Of a stretch of 64,000 nt of DNA, positions 11,301-20,423 are shown piece after piece. The notes beneath the pieces are model-generated. The model searched no databases. It was not told where the DNA came from and worked only from the letters and a program-made list of their open reading frames with translations. Where the stretch lies: positions 2,650-66,649 of the IMG/VR virus record IMGVR_UViG_3300022752_002410; one strand, given 5' to 3'. A program made the position numbers and the translations under genes. This stretch comes from a virus. The stretch's first letter is position 1, and the number at the start of each line of letters is the position of its first letter.

Positions 11301-14300
11301 ATAGTTGGCTTCCTGGTCCTAATGCTAAAATTAATGCTGGTAAACTTATGACCTTGAATAAAAACTTTGTCAATGAACAGAGTAAAGGTTACTTAAGCAC
11401 TAGTACATTAAAATTTGATGACAGTGAATATAATTTTTATATTAATCTTATTATAGATAGTCTAATATTTGATATGATCAATGTGGGCAATCTCAAAACT
11501 ACATTGGCTGCTAGAAGACTTTTTAGATTAGATGAATTAGTTTTAAGAATTCCTCAAAATCAAAAAACACTTTTAATTGGATTAATTAATTATATAAGAG
11601 ATACATTTAGTTCCGTTCTAGCACAAACTACAGTAACTACAAATCAAACCAAATATACTCAAGTTACAGATAGTGGCATTATAGCAGAAACTTTGACTAC
11701 AACTTTGCTACAATCCTTGTGTTATAATTTGACAAATGTTGTTCAAAATGGTATAGAGTTAGCGAATAATTTAAATTATCCAGAATTTATTTTAAAATTA
11801 GAACCAAATGAACAGTTTGCCAGTATTAATCCTACATCAATTACTCTAATAACTCCTGGTAATACCAGTATGTTGAGTAATGACTTTACTCAGGTAAATG
11901 ACCTAGGTTATGGCATAGTGACCAATAATAAAGGTCTAGCAGAATGTGTTAGTGTATTCAGCTACTATACTTGGACCAGTATGTTCAGTGCCAATGGTGG
12001 ACAAATACGTAGCTTAAACAGCAGCAGTGCCAATGGTGAATATGGACTAGTAGCACTAGGTTCAGATCCACTTGAGGTCAGTGATGCAGTTGCTCTTGCA
12101 GATAACCTAATACAAGTAGCAAAAGTTAACAAAGCAGGACCATATATCAATGATGGCGACGTAGGTGAGTTACAATTTTATATAGATAATTTTCAATATG
12201 CACCATACAATGTTAGCGTAGTAGAGGTTAATCACGGTGGGGCAGTAGGCATTGTAAGATATGAGATGAGCAACGTATCTGTAGCCGAAACTGATGCAAA
12301 TGGTGATCCTATAGTATTAAAAATTAATTTAAACACTAGTGGAAATAATGATTCTAGTACTAGCGGCCTTAAAGCAGCCTTGTTAGATAACCAAAATATA
12401 ATAATAAGATCAGGACAAAATTTAAAATTTAACAATGTATTGGATACTAATCCAGTAAGACCTAGTACTGCATTGACTTTTGAAGGAGATCCAGATCTGG
12501 CCAATGCTCCTGTGTATAGAGTAATTGCATATAATACAACAAGCCCCATAGGACAACCATTAAATGCAGTAGGACAGCCTAAAGATAAGGCAATATTAAC
12601 TACAGACACTACCTACAATTACATAATATTAACTGTTGACAAGACAAGAATTACAATTACAGATCCTTTGAATAGTGGTTGTACTTTGGGAAGTCAAGCC
12701 GGTGATATAAGAATAGCTATTAATCCTAAAGCAGCAGTTATAGAACTAGCAAGAATTAATACTGGGCAAATGATTACTGCTTGGGATGGTAAAATGCATC
12801 GTGTTGTTAGCTATACAAATGCTAGCGATAGTAAAGGAAATTATGGTATAGTTACTCTTACTGAATTAACACCAACTGTGAATATAAATGCTGTTCCTAT
12901 AGCTACAGGAATTCAAAGTCCTCTAGTACATGCATTACCTGATGGTGTTATTACATTAAGATTAGGTTTGCAAGCAGGTGAAATAGCCAACATTAGAGTA
13001 AGAATTAGTACATTAAGAGCTACTGGACATGACTTTTTAGACATAGGAACCGGTGGATATAACAATAGTAATTACCCAAGCAAGATATTTGGAGCTCCTA
13101 GACCTCCAAGTCAAGCCAATGAAATTGAAGAAAGAACTAGTGGTCGTGTATTTTATGTTAGTACTGATCAAAATGGTTTCTTTAGAGTAGGACGCTTCTT
13201 TACAGTTGATCAAGGTACTGGTACTGTTAAGTTTGCTGCCAGTATTGCACTGAGTAATTTAGATGGTTTAGGCTTTAAGAAAGGAACTGAAATCAGTGAG
13301 TTCAGTGATGATGATAAATTTACTGATCTAGCCAATGACGCAGTTCCAACTGAATATGCCACTGATGCATATATTAGTTATAGATTGGGTATAACAAGAA
13401 ATAACAATCTAATACCATCTAATCAAAGAATAGGCCCAGGATTTTTACCATTAAATGGTGTAGCAGGTCCCACAGCTAATATAAGTTGGAATGGATTTAA
13501 ACTGACAACTTTGGCTACTCCTACAATTAGTAGTGATGCAGCCACTAAGGGGTATGTTGACAACCTAGCAATTACATTTGATAGTTTGAGTAAGAAGGTA
13601 GATGTAATTAGCGATACTGCAAGAATAGGTGATGTGCTTGTAAGTTTTGGTAATGTTAGAGCCAGTAGCACTGTAAAAGGCTTTAGTCATGCTACAATGG
13701 CAGGGGATATAGAAACACAGTTAATAAGCACTGCTACAAGTACATTAACTGCTGCTATCCCATCTTCTGGTGTAGTAACTAATGGTATAGAATTAGCAAA
13801 TGGTACTAATTTTCCAACATCTGGATACGTGCTAGTACGTACTACAAACAAAGAAGAAGTATTTTATTACGCTAGTAAATCAAATGCTAACACATTAGGT
13901 AATGTTTCACGTCTAAGTGAAAAGACTGAAATTGACAGTAAGTTCAATATAGGATTTGCTAATGCCCATGCTATAGGTACAGAAGTAATTTGTCTTAATA
14001 CTTTAGAATTAAACAACCAAATTAAAGCATTGAGTATAGTAAATGGTGATATTAGTGCAACTGCTGGTATCAATCAAAGCAAATTAAACATGAATGAAGC
14101 TAATACCTTCCCTAGTGCTGATTGGAGTCGAACAGATAAAGCACAGGCAGACTTAGGATTAGCTAAATTTGATGCTACAGAATTTCAAACTGATAGAGGC
14201 TTCGTAAGATTAAATGCAGCAGGTATTGCACATAGTAGAATCAGCTCAGTCAACTCAAGATCAGTGCTAGGTAATGTTTCAGCTAGTGCATCCTCTCCTA

Positions 14301-15442
14301 CTAATTTAAGTTTTGAAACTGTATTTCAAAAAGGACTTAGAGATAGTTTAACAACTGCTGGTGTAAATCCTGGTCGAAGATATGTTTGGAATAGCTTACA
14401 ATTAACAGCAGAAGCAGATAGTACCCAAAGTGCTGTAGAGATTACTTCAAATGCCCTATCTAATACTCTAGTTTTAAGAAACGGTGATGGTCGTACACAA
14501 TTTAATGGGATAGAAACAGATGATGGTGTTGTAGTATTAAGTTTTAGTGGAAGTCTTGATACCGCTGCCCCAGTGGTATATAAGGGTCAATGGACTCCAG
14601 GTACTAATGCTACACTACGTGCCACCGTGGCAAATTCTCTTGATGCTAGTGATACTAGCATTGTTAGAATTGCAGGTAATCAAGAAATAACTGGTCTTAA
14701 AGATTTTAGTGGTGGTATAAGAACTCCTACAGCGTACAACTTTGGTACTGGTGCTGCTACAGGTTCGCTATATTTTATAGCGGCAAGTAATGCATATGGA
14801 CTTACTAAAAATGGTGGCGGTGGTGATGTAGTAACATTCCAGCCAACTGGTATTAATATAGATGGTGTAACCACTTTGCCCAAAGCCAATGCAAATACTA
14901 CACAGTTTTTAAGAGGGGACGGTACTTGGGCATCAGTACCAGTGAATACAAATTTAAGCGCACTTACAACAACAGTGATAACTACAGGTGCAGCAACTAC
15001 AGCAGGTACTATCACAGGTGCATGGACACTTACTAGTGGTAGTACCCTACAAGCTACCTATGCTGACTTAGCAGAATGGTATACTAGTGATAAAAAATAT
15101 GAACCTGGTACTGTTTTAGTGTTTGGTGGTACACATGAAACAACAACAACCGACAAGCTAGCAGACACAAGAGCAGCAGGTGTAGTCACTACCAACCCTG
15201 CTTATACAATGAATAACGAGTTAGCCAAAACTATTAACAGTGTTTGTCTAGCACTACAGGGACGTGTGCCCTGTAAAGTAATAGGAAAAGTTAATAAAGG
15301 TGATTTATTAACCACTGCTGCCAGTCCAGGATATGCTATTAGAGCAAATAACCCAGCAGTAGGCACTATAATTGGTAAAGCGTTAGAAAGCAAAGATTAT
15401 GATCAATCAGGTCTAATTGAAATAGCTGTGGGGAGAATGTAA
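8324..15442 (+). CDS. Large (2372 aa) baseplate or tail-fibre protein
   Basis: N-terminal DGTGDSIREAF.KVNDNF (T4 gp9/gp10-like); AATK.YVD fibre motifs; C-terminal YADLAEWY...GRVPCKV...IIGKALE intramolecular-chaperone-like domain. Confidence 0.8.
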   Translation: MARKEIDIGIVGNDGTGDSIREAFRKVNDNFKEMYAVFGQGGAIRFQDLDNVITEQRQIYALTNATGLMKGIIEPVDGSAGFNINITASDQATDQFTTTSTVSLKINDKITFSSSVTGGGGSIFGGVNSTTTYYINTIVSATQFTVSLTQDGLGINRILTSDNTGLNIKPRIMEGSQGILVDSASDPNKITISNIGGRLVSDGKPSLQSPLNANGKIIANIGDPTASNVQTFNNLFGNDGVSITVNDVVISKGYADKNYIRKTGGGGSGQIRARSEPLTRNEYILTIDEYINGNAIIPNHGLDNTVDGSPYTYNSTATVASGLKNTIFVTDSYFTIGRSFKITELGNTDFTTLGAQRNIVGEVFVSTSTGVGTGKVRPVYFIRYFDGNGISFHFTANDALNNANRIVLTNNDGTAVETITDAYLTTELLGNWASNEVLPRNSVVRRQGDVMTGPLTLFDHPDPFEGIGTPNGASDLQAATKYYVDNSSFVSRVNLFVSTSGNDLQPNTPPGKEGSSWAYSYATIGKACQKAEYLLSVADVETGPYRQLIAYNNGAELSVVTNYTPGNVASITFTNYNGKRVDQGVLNNEDITPGKLLVGRLSGAKGTISQYLGDDGTGVGQDKIELINVRGTFLKGENLEFGDTVKNLQITIHVESGIYEEDYPIKLPTNTAIVGDEFRRVLVRPKDRISQSPWADTWFFRNTVFDGLNLVNVANPVNKKHFLDTDLQGWYSHHYYIKPGLPLNPGPRYDNPGNFIAAANLIAAAKSTIQQEIVIYINNLPSTNLNATQEAKSIRDTGFIIDAIVADLIEGGNEKIVNLQEVFSKVTTLTTDCKAGILQIAVYINSTVLNSLPTADKNQITPIITSMMNRLYFGFNPAYNTPKNNKDMDVFLCNDASIVRQITCQGHGGFMMVLDPAGQILTKSPYCQQSGSFSGSINKQAFRGGQYIDGFTGNLKPTVVSKLSDYRLVITDIPREPEMPSSFYINGERFKVNSWLPGPNAKINAGKLMTLNKNFVNEQSKGYLSTSTLKFDDSEYNFYINLIIDSLIFDMINVGNLKTTLAARRLFRLDELVLRIPQNQKTLLIGLINYIRDTFSSVLAQTTVTTNQTKYTQVTDSGIIAETLTTTLLQSLCYNLTNVVQNGIELANNLNYPEFILKLEPNEQFASINPTSITLITPGNTSMLSNDFTQVNDLGYGIVTNNKGLAECVSVFSYYTWTSMFSANGGQIRSLNSSSANGEYGLVALGSDPLEVSDAVALADNLIQVAKVNKAGPYINDGDVGELQFYIDNFQYAPYNVSVVEVNHGGAVGIVRYEMSNVSVAETDANGDPIVLKINLNTSGNNDSSTSGLKAALLDNQNIIIRSGQNLKFNNVLDTNPVRPSTALTFEGDPDLANAPVYRVIAYNTTSPIGQPLNAVGQPKDKAILTTDTTYNYIILTVDKTRITITDPLNSGCTLGSQAGDIRIAINPKAAVIELARINTGQMITAWDGKMHRVVSYTNASDSKGNYGIVTLTELTPTVNINAVPIATGIQSPLVHALPDGVITLRLGLQAGEIANIRVRISTLRATGHDFLDIGTGGYNNSNYPSKIFGAPRPPSQANEIEERTSGRVFYVSTDQNGFFRVGRFFTVDQGTGTVKFAASIALSNLDGLGFKKGTEISEFSDDDKFTDLANDAVPTEYATDAYISYRLGITRNNNLIPSNQRIGPGFLPLNGVAGPTANISWNGFKLTTLATPTISSDAATKGYVDNLAITFDSLSKKVDVISDTARIGDVLVSFGNVRASSTVKGFSHATMAGDIETQLISTATSTLTAAIPSSGVVTNGIELANGTNFPTSGYVLVRTTNKEEVFYYASKSNANTLGNVSRLSEKTEIDSKFNIGFANAHAIGTEVICLNTLELNNQIKALSIVNGDISATAGINQSKLNMNEANTFPSADWSRTDKAQADLGLAKFDATEFQTDRGFVRLNAAGIAHSRISSVNSRSVLGNVSASASSPTNLSFETVFQKGLRDSLTTAGVNPGRRYVWNSLQLTAEADSTQSAVEITSNALSNTLVLRNGDGRTQFNGIETDDGVVVLSFSGSLDTAAPVVYKGQWTPGTNATLRATVANSLDASDTSIVRIAGNQEITGLKDFSGGIRTPTAYNFGTGAATGSLYFIAASNAYGLTKNGGGGDVVTFQPTGINIDGVTTLPKANANTTQFLRGDGTWASVPVNTNLSALTTTVITTGAATTAGTITGAWTLTSGSTLQATYADLAEWYTSDKKYEPGTVLVFGGTHETTTTDKLADTRAAGVVTTNPAYTMNNELAKTINSVCLALQGRVPCKVIGKVNKGDLLTTAASPGYAIRANNPAVGTIIGKALESKDYDQSGLIEIAVGRM

Positions 15443-15738
15443 TGACTATGAGAATAGTTAATATCGGTGTAGCAGATAAAGGTAATGGTGATCCTTTACG
15501 CACAGCGTTTGATAAAATAAACAAAAATTTTGAAGATCTTAATAATGATTTTGTCAACCTAACAGCGACAGTAAGTAACATCAGTACCACTGCTAGCCTT
15601 ACAGAATTTGATTTTGGCCAAATCAAACTAAATGCTGTATATGATCCGTTACAATTATTATTTTATACAGCTAATATTGATTTAGGTCAAATCAGTGAAC
15701 CACCTTTGATTGACTATGATGCAGGTGATTTTGAGTAA
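15442..15738 (+). CDS. Small structural protein with gp9/gp10-like N-terminus
   Basis: GNGDPLRTAFDKINKNF. Confidence 0.7.
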   Translation: MTMRIVNIGVADKGNGDPLRTAFDKINKNFEDLNNDFVNLTATVSNISTTASLTEFDFGQIKLNAVYDPLQLLFYTANIDLGQISEPPLIDYDAGDFE

Positions 15739-15746
15739 ATATTGAA

Positions 15747-16301
15747 ATGGCCAATAAAATACAACTTCGTCGAGACTCAAGCATATCTTGGAATAATGTT
15801 AATCCTATTCTAAGTCAAGGTGAACCTGGGTTTGAAATTGACAGTGGAAGAGTTAAAGTTGGTGACGGTCTAAAAACTTGGTCACAATTACCATATATAA
15901 AAACTGAAAATCTGCCGCCAAATGCCATAGGATTACTTCAAAACAATGGTAACGGACTATTAAGCTGGGTACTATTACCGCCTGGATTTAGCGGAAATTA
16001 TAACGATTTATCCAATAAACCTGTGCTACATCCAGTGGCACTAAGTGGAAATTATACAAATTTAACTAATAAACCAACTATACCTACTGATCTTAATCAA
16101 TTAGCAGACTCTAGTAATTTATTAGTTAATGTCACTAAATTTAATACTATAGCTCAAAGTTTATTTGATTTTGACTTTGGCCCTATAGGTAAAATAACAG
16201 TTAATACTAAGATTGAATGGTTATTAAACAGTATTGACGTAGACAACGGAACAATAACTTCACCTGCTAATGTGGATCATGATGCAGGTACATTGATTTA
16301 A
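15747..16301 (+). CDS. Tail-fibre protein with Mtd/hyaluronidase-like N-terminal anchor
   Basis: KIQLRRD..W...NPIL.QGE.GFE.D....KVGDG; SGNY.DL.NKP repeats. Confidence 0.75.
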   Translation: MANKIQLRRDSSISWNNVNPILSQGEPGFEIDSGRVKVGDGLKTWSQLPYIKTENLPPNAIGLLQNNGNGLLSWVLLPPGFSGNYNDLSNKPVLHPVALSGNYTNLTNKPTIPTDLNQLADSSNLLVNVTKFNTIAQSLFDFDFGPIGKITVNTKIEWLLNSIDVDNGTITSPANVDHDAGTLI

Positions 16302-16311
16302 GGAGCTAGAA

Positions 16312-19188
16312 ATGGCATTTAAAATACGACGCGGAACAAACGCAGAAAGACTAACAATAACTCCTGCACAAGGTGAGTTAATTTATACAACAGACACTAA
16401 AAAATTATATGTTGGGGATGGTGCTACAGTAGGTGGTATTCCATCTGATACACCATTACCCATAAATGTAGATGGAAATGACTTAGAAATAATCCCATCA
16501 TCTACTATAAAACTTGGAAATAGTTCTATATCTGGAAAAGTTGAATTATATTCAAATGACAATGCATCTAGTCCATTTACTTTTTCACAACATCATAATA
16601 CCCCAGACAGTAACAATTGGGTATTTCGTCGAGGCAGAGGAACTTTTGATACACCTCAATCTATCCAAACAAATGATGATATATTAGATGTATCTTTTAA
16701 TGGATTTGATGGTACTTCATATATCCCTACTGCTTCTCTTAGTATTATTACTGAGAATTTTGCCGGAACTGGGCGCTTAGGAGGCAAATATGTTTTTTAT
16801 ACTCATAACGCTGTTAATTCAGGATTATCCGGGCTTAAGATTGTTCTTGAATTAAGCTCTAATGGTACTGCAAAAGTAAACAAGATTTCTAGTATTATTA
16901 ATAATAGTGATTTAGAAATAATATCCAATGGTACTGGTGGTGTAAAAATTAATAATATGAAATGGCCAGGTGCTGATGGAAGTGGTGGTAACGTACTAAC
17001 TACAAACGGTTCTGGAGTGTTAAGTTGGGCTTCAGGCTATGCTACTCAAACATATGTTGATAGTGCTATCAATAATCTTGTTAACGGTGCTGGTAGTACA
17101 TTAAATCAACTTAATGAATTAGCCGCTGCTCTTAATAATGATGCTAACTTTGCTAGCACAGTAACTACAGCACTGGGTAATAGAATTAGATATGATGATG
17201 TACAAACATTAACAGCGCCACAAAAACTAATAGCACAGAGTAATATTGGACTTACTGCTGCTGCACTACAAAGTGATTGGAATCAAACTGATAATACTGC
17301 CAGTGATTTTATTAAGAATAAACCAACTATTCCAGCTGCCCAAATACAAAGTAATTGGACACAAACGACTACTACTGCTTTAGATTTTATTAAGAATAAA
17401 CCAACTATTCCAGCTGCCCAAATACAAAGTGATTGGACACAGAGTAACAACGCTGCTTTAGATTTTATTAAGAATAAACCAACTATTCCAGCTGCCCAAA
17501 TACAAAGTGATTGGAATCAAAGTACAAATACTGCTTTAGATTTTATTAAGAATAAACCCTCTATTCCTAGTTTTGCCTCAGTAGCAGAGAACATACTACC
17601 AACAACTACAGAAACTTATGACTTAGGATCACCAACAAAAAGATTTAGAGACCTTTATCTAAAATCCAGTACCATACATCTGGGTGATAAAACATTGAGT
17701 ATTACTAGTAATAAATTAGAAGTGGGCGGGTTTAGATTTGGTGAGGCAGGTAATGTAGTGGGAGTAGCATATACACAATATGAAAATGCTCTTGTAACAA
17801 TTAGAGTCAGTGTTAGTACTAATGCAGAGACCATTGCCAATAGTATAACAAAAGGCGATAAATTAGTATTAGATTCGCCAGTAGGATCAATTAGTACTCT
17901 CACAGTAGTTTCAATTAGTTCACAAATAAATCCTCAAAATTCAAGTTTTAAAGATTATTCATTAGTAGTAGCAGAAAACAAAAATGCCGGAGCAGTTAAT
18001 ATTGAGTTTAATCTTATTAAACCCCTCTTTAGTGGTAGTTATAATGATCTAAGTGATAAACCTATTTCTGTTAAAGGTGACAAAGGTGACAAAGGTGACC
18101 CAGGTGACAAAGGTGACAAAGGTGATAAAGGTGACAAAGGTGAGCCAGGTACTGCTAATACAGGACAAGTGACATTTTCAACTAATGTTGTAGAGGGTAC
18201 AGGTTATGAACTAGGACTCAGTCCAGGACCAGATTTTACTACTGGTGATGAAACAAACCCTGGACTAGAACTTGGGCCACAATACTTTAGAGTAAGAGGT
18301 GGTGATGACCCAACGCACTTACATTTTGATACTACAAATAATAATGTATTTGACCTATATGTAGGCAACGATAGTAAGTACTTTAAATTAAGTAAAGACG
18401 GTCCAGCAGTTATTGGTACAAATAATCATACTGTAAGTTTCTACGATGGAAGTATTACATCTAATAAAACCGCTAATTTAGAAATACTAAGACCCTACGG
18501 CATAGATGCTCCAGCATCAAATGAAAATCCAGATAACGATGCTACAGACCCAGATTATGTCATATGGTTAGTCAAGGCTGATTATGCTAACTATGCTAAT
18601 ATCACTACAAGTTGGACTGTAGAAATGTATAGCAATGGAGTACGATATGCTATAGCAGCAGTTGGTAATGCTGCTAATACCAACTTATATAGAATACAAC
18701 TAGCAGATCAAACTGTAGTTGTACCATATAGAGCAAACTTAAAATTCTATCCACCAAATCGTGTTTGGCAGTTTAAAGATGATGGCATACTGAAACTACC
18801 AGCAAATGGCAATATTCAAGACTCCAATGGCAATAGTGTCACAGTAGGCGTATATGAAATTATTACATCCAACTGGAATGCAGTGGCAAGAAAAATATAT
18901 TGGGTTAAATATACCTCAGGTGCAGGATTTACTATGACATTACCGGCTAGCCCAAGTCTTGGCGATTGGATTAAACTTTATGACGGCGAACTTAAATTTG
19001 GTACTACTGCTCTTACAGTTAACGGCAATGGCAATAATATTAGATTACCAAATGTCTCTAATCCACCAAATGTAACTTGGAATACATCTACTAGCACTGC
19101 CAGTATTAATCAAACTTTGTCTACTCCTCTTGGGCCTTTCCCAATTCAATTTGTATGGGACGGTAGCGTATGGTCTGTAACTATGTAA
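16312..19188 (+). CDS. Tail-fibre protein with QSDW repeats and a collagen-like segment
   Basis: IRRGT..GELIYTTDTKKLYVGDG N-terminus; LNELAAALNNDANF; QSDW..FIKNKP x4; (GDK)n. Confidence 0.8.
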   Translation: MAFKIRRGTNAERLTITPAQGELIYTTDTKKLYVGDGATVGGIPSDTPLPINVDGNDLEIIPSSTIKLGNSSISGKVELYSNDNASSPFTFSQHHNTPDSNNWVFRRGRGTFDTPQSIQTNDDILDVSFNGFDGTSYIPTASLSIITENFAGTGRLGGKYVFYTHNAVNSGLSGLKIVLELSSNGTAKVNKISSIINNSDLEIISNGTGGVKINNMKWPGADGSGGNVLTTNGSGVLSWASGYATQTYVDSAINNLVNGAGSTLNQLNELAAALNNDANFASTVTTALGNRIRYDDVQTLTAPQKLIAQSNIGLTAAALQSDWNQTDNTASDFIKNKPTIPAAQIQSNWTQTTTTALDFIKNKPTIPAAQIQSDWTQSNNAALDFIKNKPTIPAAQIQSDWNQSTNTALDFIKNKPSIPSFASVAENILPTTTETYDLGSPTKRFRDLYLKSSTIHLGDKTLSITSNKLEVGGFRFGEAGNVVGVAYTQYENALVTIRVSVSTNAETIANSITKGDKLVLDSPVGSISTLTVVSISSQINPQNSSFKDYSLVVAENKNAGAVNIEFNLIKPLFSGSYNDLSDKPISVKGDKGDKGDPGDKGDKGDKGDKGEPGTANTGQVTFSTNVVEGTGYELGLSPGPDFTTGDETNPGLELGPQYFRVRGGDDPTHLHFDTTNNNVFDLYVGNDSKYFKLSKDGPAVIGTNNHTVSFYDGSITSNKTANLEILRPYGIDAPASNENPDNDATDPDYVIWLVKADYANYANITTSWTVEMYSNGVRYAIAAVGNAANTNLYRIQLADQTVVVPYRANLKFYPPNRVWQFKDDGILKLPANGNIQDSNGNSVTVGVYEIITSNWNAVARKIYWVKYTSGAGFTMTLPASPSLGDWIKLYDGELKFGTTALTVNGNGNNIRLPNVSNPPNVTWNTSTSTASINQTLSTPLGPFPIQFVWDGSVWSVTM
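17269..17568 (+). repeat. 78-bp coding tandem repeat, 4 copies (QSDWxQxxxxAxDFIKNKPTIPAAQI)
   Basis: Units start at 17269, 17347, 17425 and 17503. Confidence 0.9.
18073..18150 (+). repeat. 9-bp collagen-like repeat (Gly-Asp-Lys)
   Basis: AAAGGTGAC units. Confidence 0.9.
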
Positions 19189-19214
19189 TATTAAAATCAT
19201 TATGAGATAAAATT

Positions 19215-19706
19215 ATGCCAACAGTAAATTTACAACCAATCAACTTAGGTGGATATGCCAATGATGGTACAGGTGATGACCTACGTACAGCATTTGAAAA
19301 AGTAAATGGTAATTTTAGTGAAATAAGTGCTGCTATACCCAGTAAACTTATAGATGATCCTGCACCTACACTGGCAGCTAATCTTAATTTAAATAATAAA
19401 AATCTTTTTAGCAATGCTCCGGTATTATTAAATATAGGTACAAATAAATTTACCGCTTCAGGACCAATACAGGCTACTAGTTTTATAGGACAAATTACTA
19501 GTATCACTAATCATAGTTTGACCAACTTGAGTGATGTTGAATATATTAGAAATCCTATTAATGAGGATGGACTAGTATATAGAGATGGTATATGGCAACC
19601 TGGACCAGTAAATGCAGCCTTTGCTACAGTAGATGGTGGTGCTGCTTCAGCTGTATTTAATCTAGCTGAAGGTGCTGTAGTCGACGGTGGTAGAGCTTCA
19701 GATTAA
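19215..19706 (+). CDS. Structural protein with gp9/gp10-like N-terminus
   Basis: DGTGDDLRTAFEKVNGNF; D.AP.L..NL.LN motif. Confidence 0.7.
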   Translation: MPTVNLQPINLGGYANDGTGDDLRTAFEKVNGNFSEISAAIPSKLIDDPAPTLAANLNLNNKNLFSNAPVLLNIGTNKFTASGPIQATSFIGQITSITNHSLTNLSDVEYIRNPINEDGLVYRDGIWQPGPVNAAFATVDGGAASAVFNLAEGAVVDGGRASD

Positions 19707-19718
19707 TTCGGAGGATTT

Positions 19719-20393
19719 TTGAAAGTAGCAGTAATTACCAGTTTAAGTGGTCTAAACTCTACACTACGTGATCCCAGTAACGGTGGATTCGAGGGCATAG
19801 ATTATTATGCTTATGTGGATAAATTATATGATGTACAGGTTTGGAGACAAAGACCTTTAATAGAATTCAGTAAAGATCCAGTACACGCAGCAAGGCGTAA
19901 TGCTAAACTACCCAAAGTGCTAGGTTTTATGATGATACCTGGATATGATTATTATATTTGGCATGATCATTACTGTGAATTACAAACTGATCCAAAAGAA
20001 ATTATACAACTTATCGGTGATGCTGATATGGGAGTATTCAAACACGCTAGAAGAGATTGTGTTTATGAAGAAATACATATTGTTGCATTAAGTAAATTTG
20101 ATACGGTTGAAAGTTTAAATGCTATGCACGATGTGTTTCGTCGATGTAATTGGCCCGCTCATGCTGGATTATACGAAATGACCAGCTTTATCTATAAAAA
20201 TAATCCAAAAGTACAGGCCGCAATGCTGAATTGGTGGGATATTATAGTACAAAGTAGCAGCAGAGATCAACTTAGTTTTCCCCTAGCAGCAGGTATGAAT
20301 GATGTTAAGTTACATATATTACCAGGAAGTGCCCAGCCTTATGGCGGAAATAACAAGTTCATGCCCAGTATACGAGGTAAAATAGACAGCTAG
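19719..20393 (+). CDS. DUF616-like glycosyltransferase
   Basis: Y.IWHD, FKH..RDCVYEE, WW...SSRDQLSF; TTG start after GGAGG. Confidence 0.7.
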   Translation: MKVAVITSLSGLNSTLRDPSNGGFEGIDYYAYVDKLYDVQVWRQRPLIEFSKDPVHAARRNAKLPKVLGFMMIPGYDYYIWHDHYCELQTDPKEIIQLIGDADMGVFKHARRDCVYEEIHIVALSKFDTVESLNAMHDVFRRCNWPAHAGLYEMTSFIYKNNPKVQAAMLNWWDIIVQSSSRDQLSFPLAAGMNDVKLHILPGSAQPYGGNNKFMPSIRGKIDS

Positions 20394-20422
20394 AATCCTA
20401 TAAATATACTATAGGATCCTAG
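20390..20422 (+). promoter_or_regulatory. Late promoter TATAAATA inside an RBS-sequestering hairpin
   Basis: CTAGaATCCTATA-aatatac-TATAGGATcCTAG; the 3' arm holds the AGGA SD of ORF 20424. Confidence 0.65.
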
Positions 20423-20423
20423 A

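Noticed and set aside
17269-17568. Regularly spaced repeats resembling a CRISPR array
   Set aside because: They are in-frame 78-bp coding repeats of a fibre protein; the variable parts are homologous to each other and no cas genes are present.
15747-19188. Diversity-generating retroelement suggested by the Mtd-like N-termini
   Set aside because: No reverse transcriptase and no adenine-mismatched TR/VR pair seen in the window.
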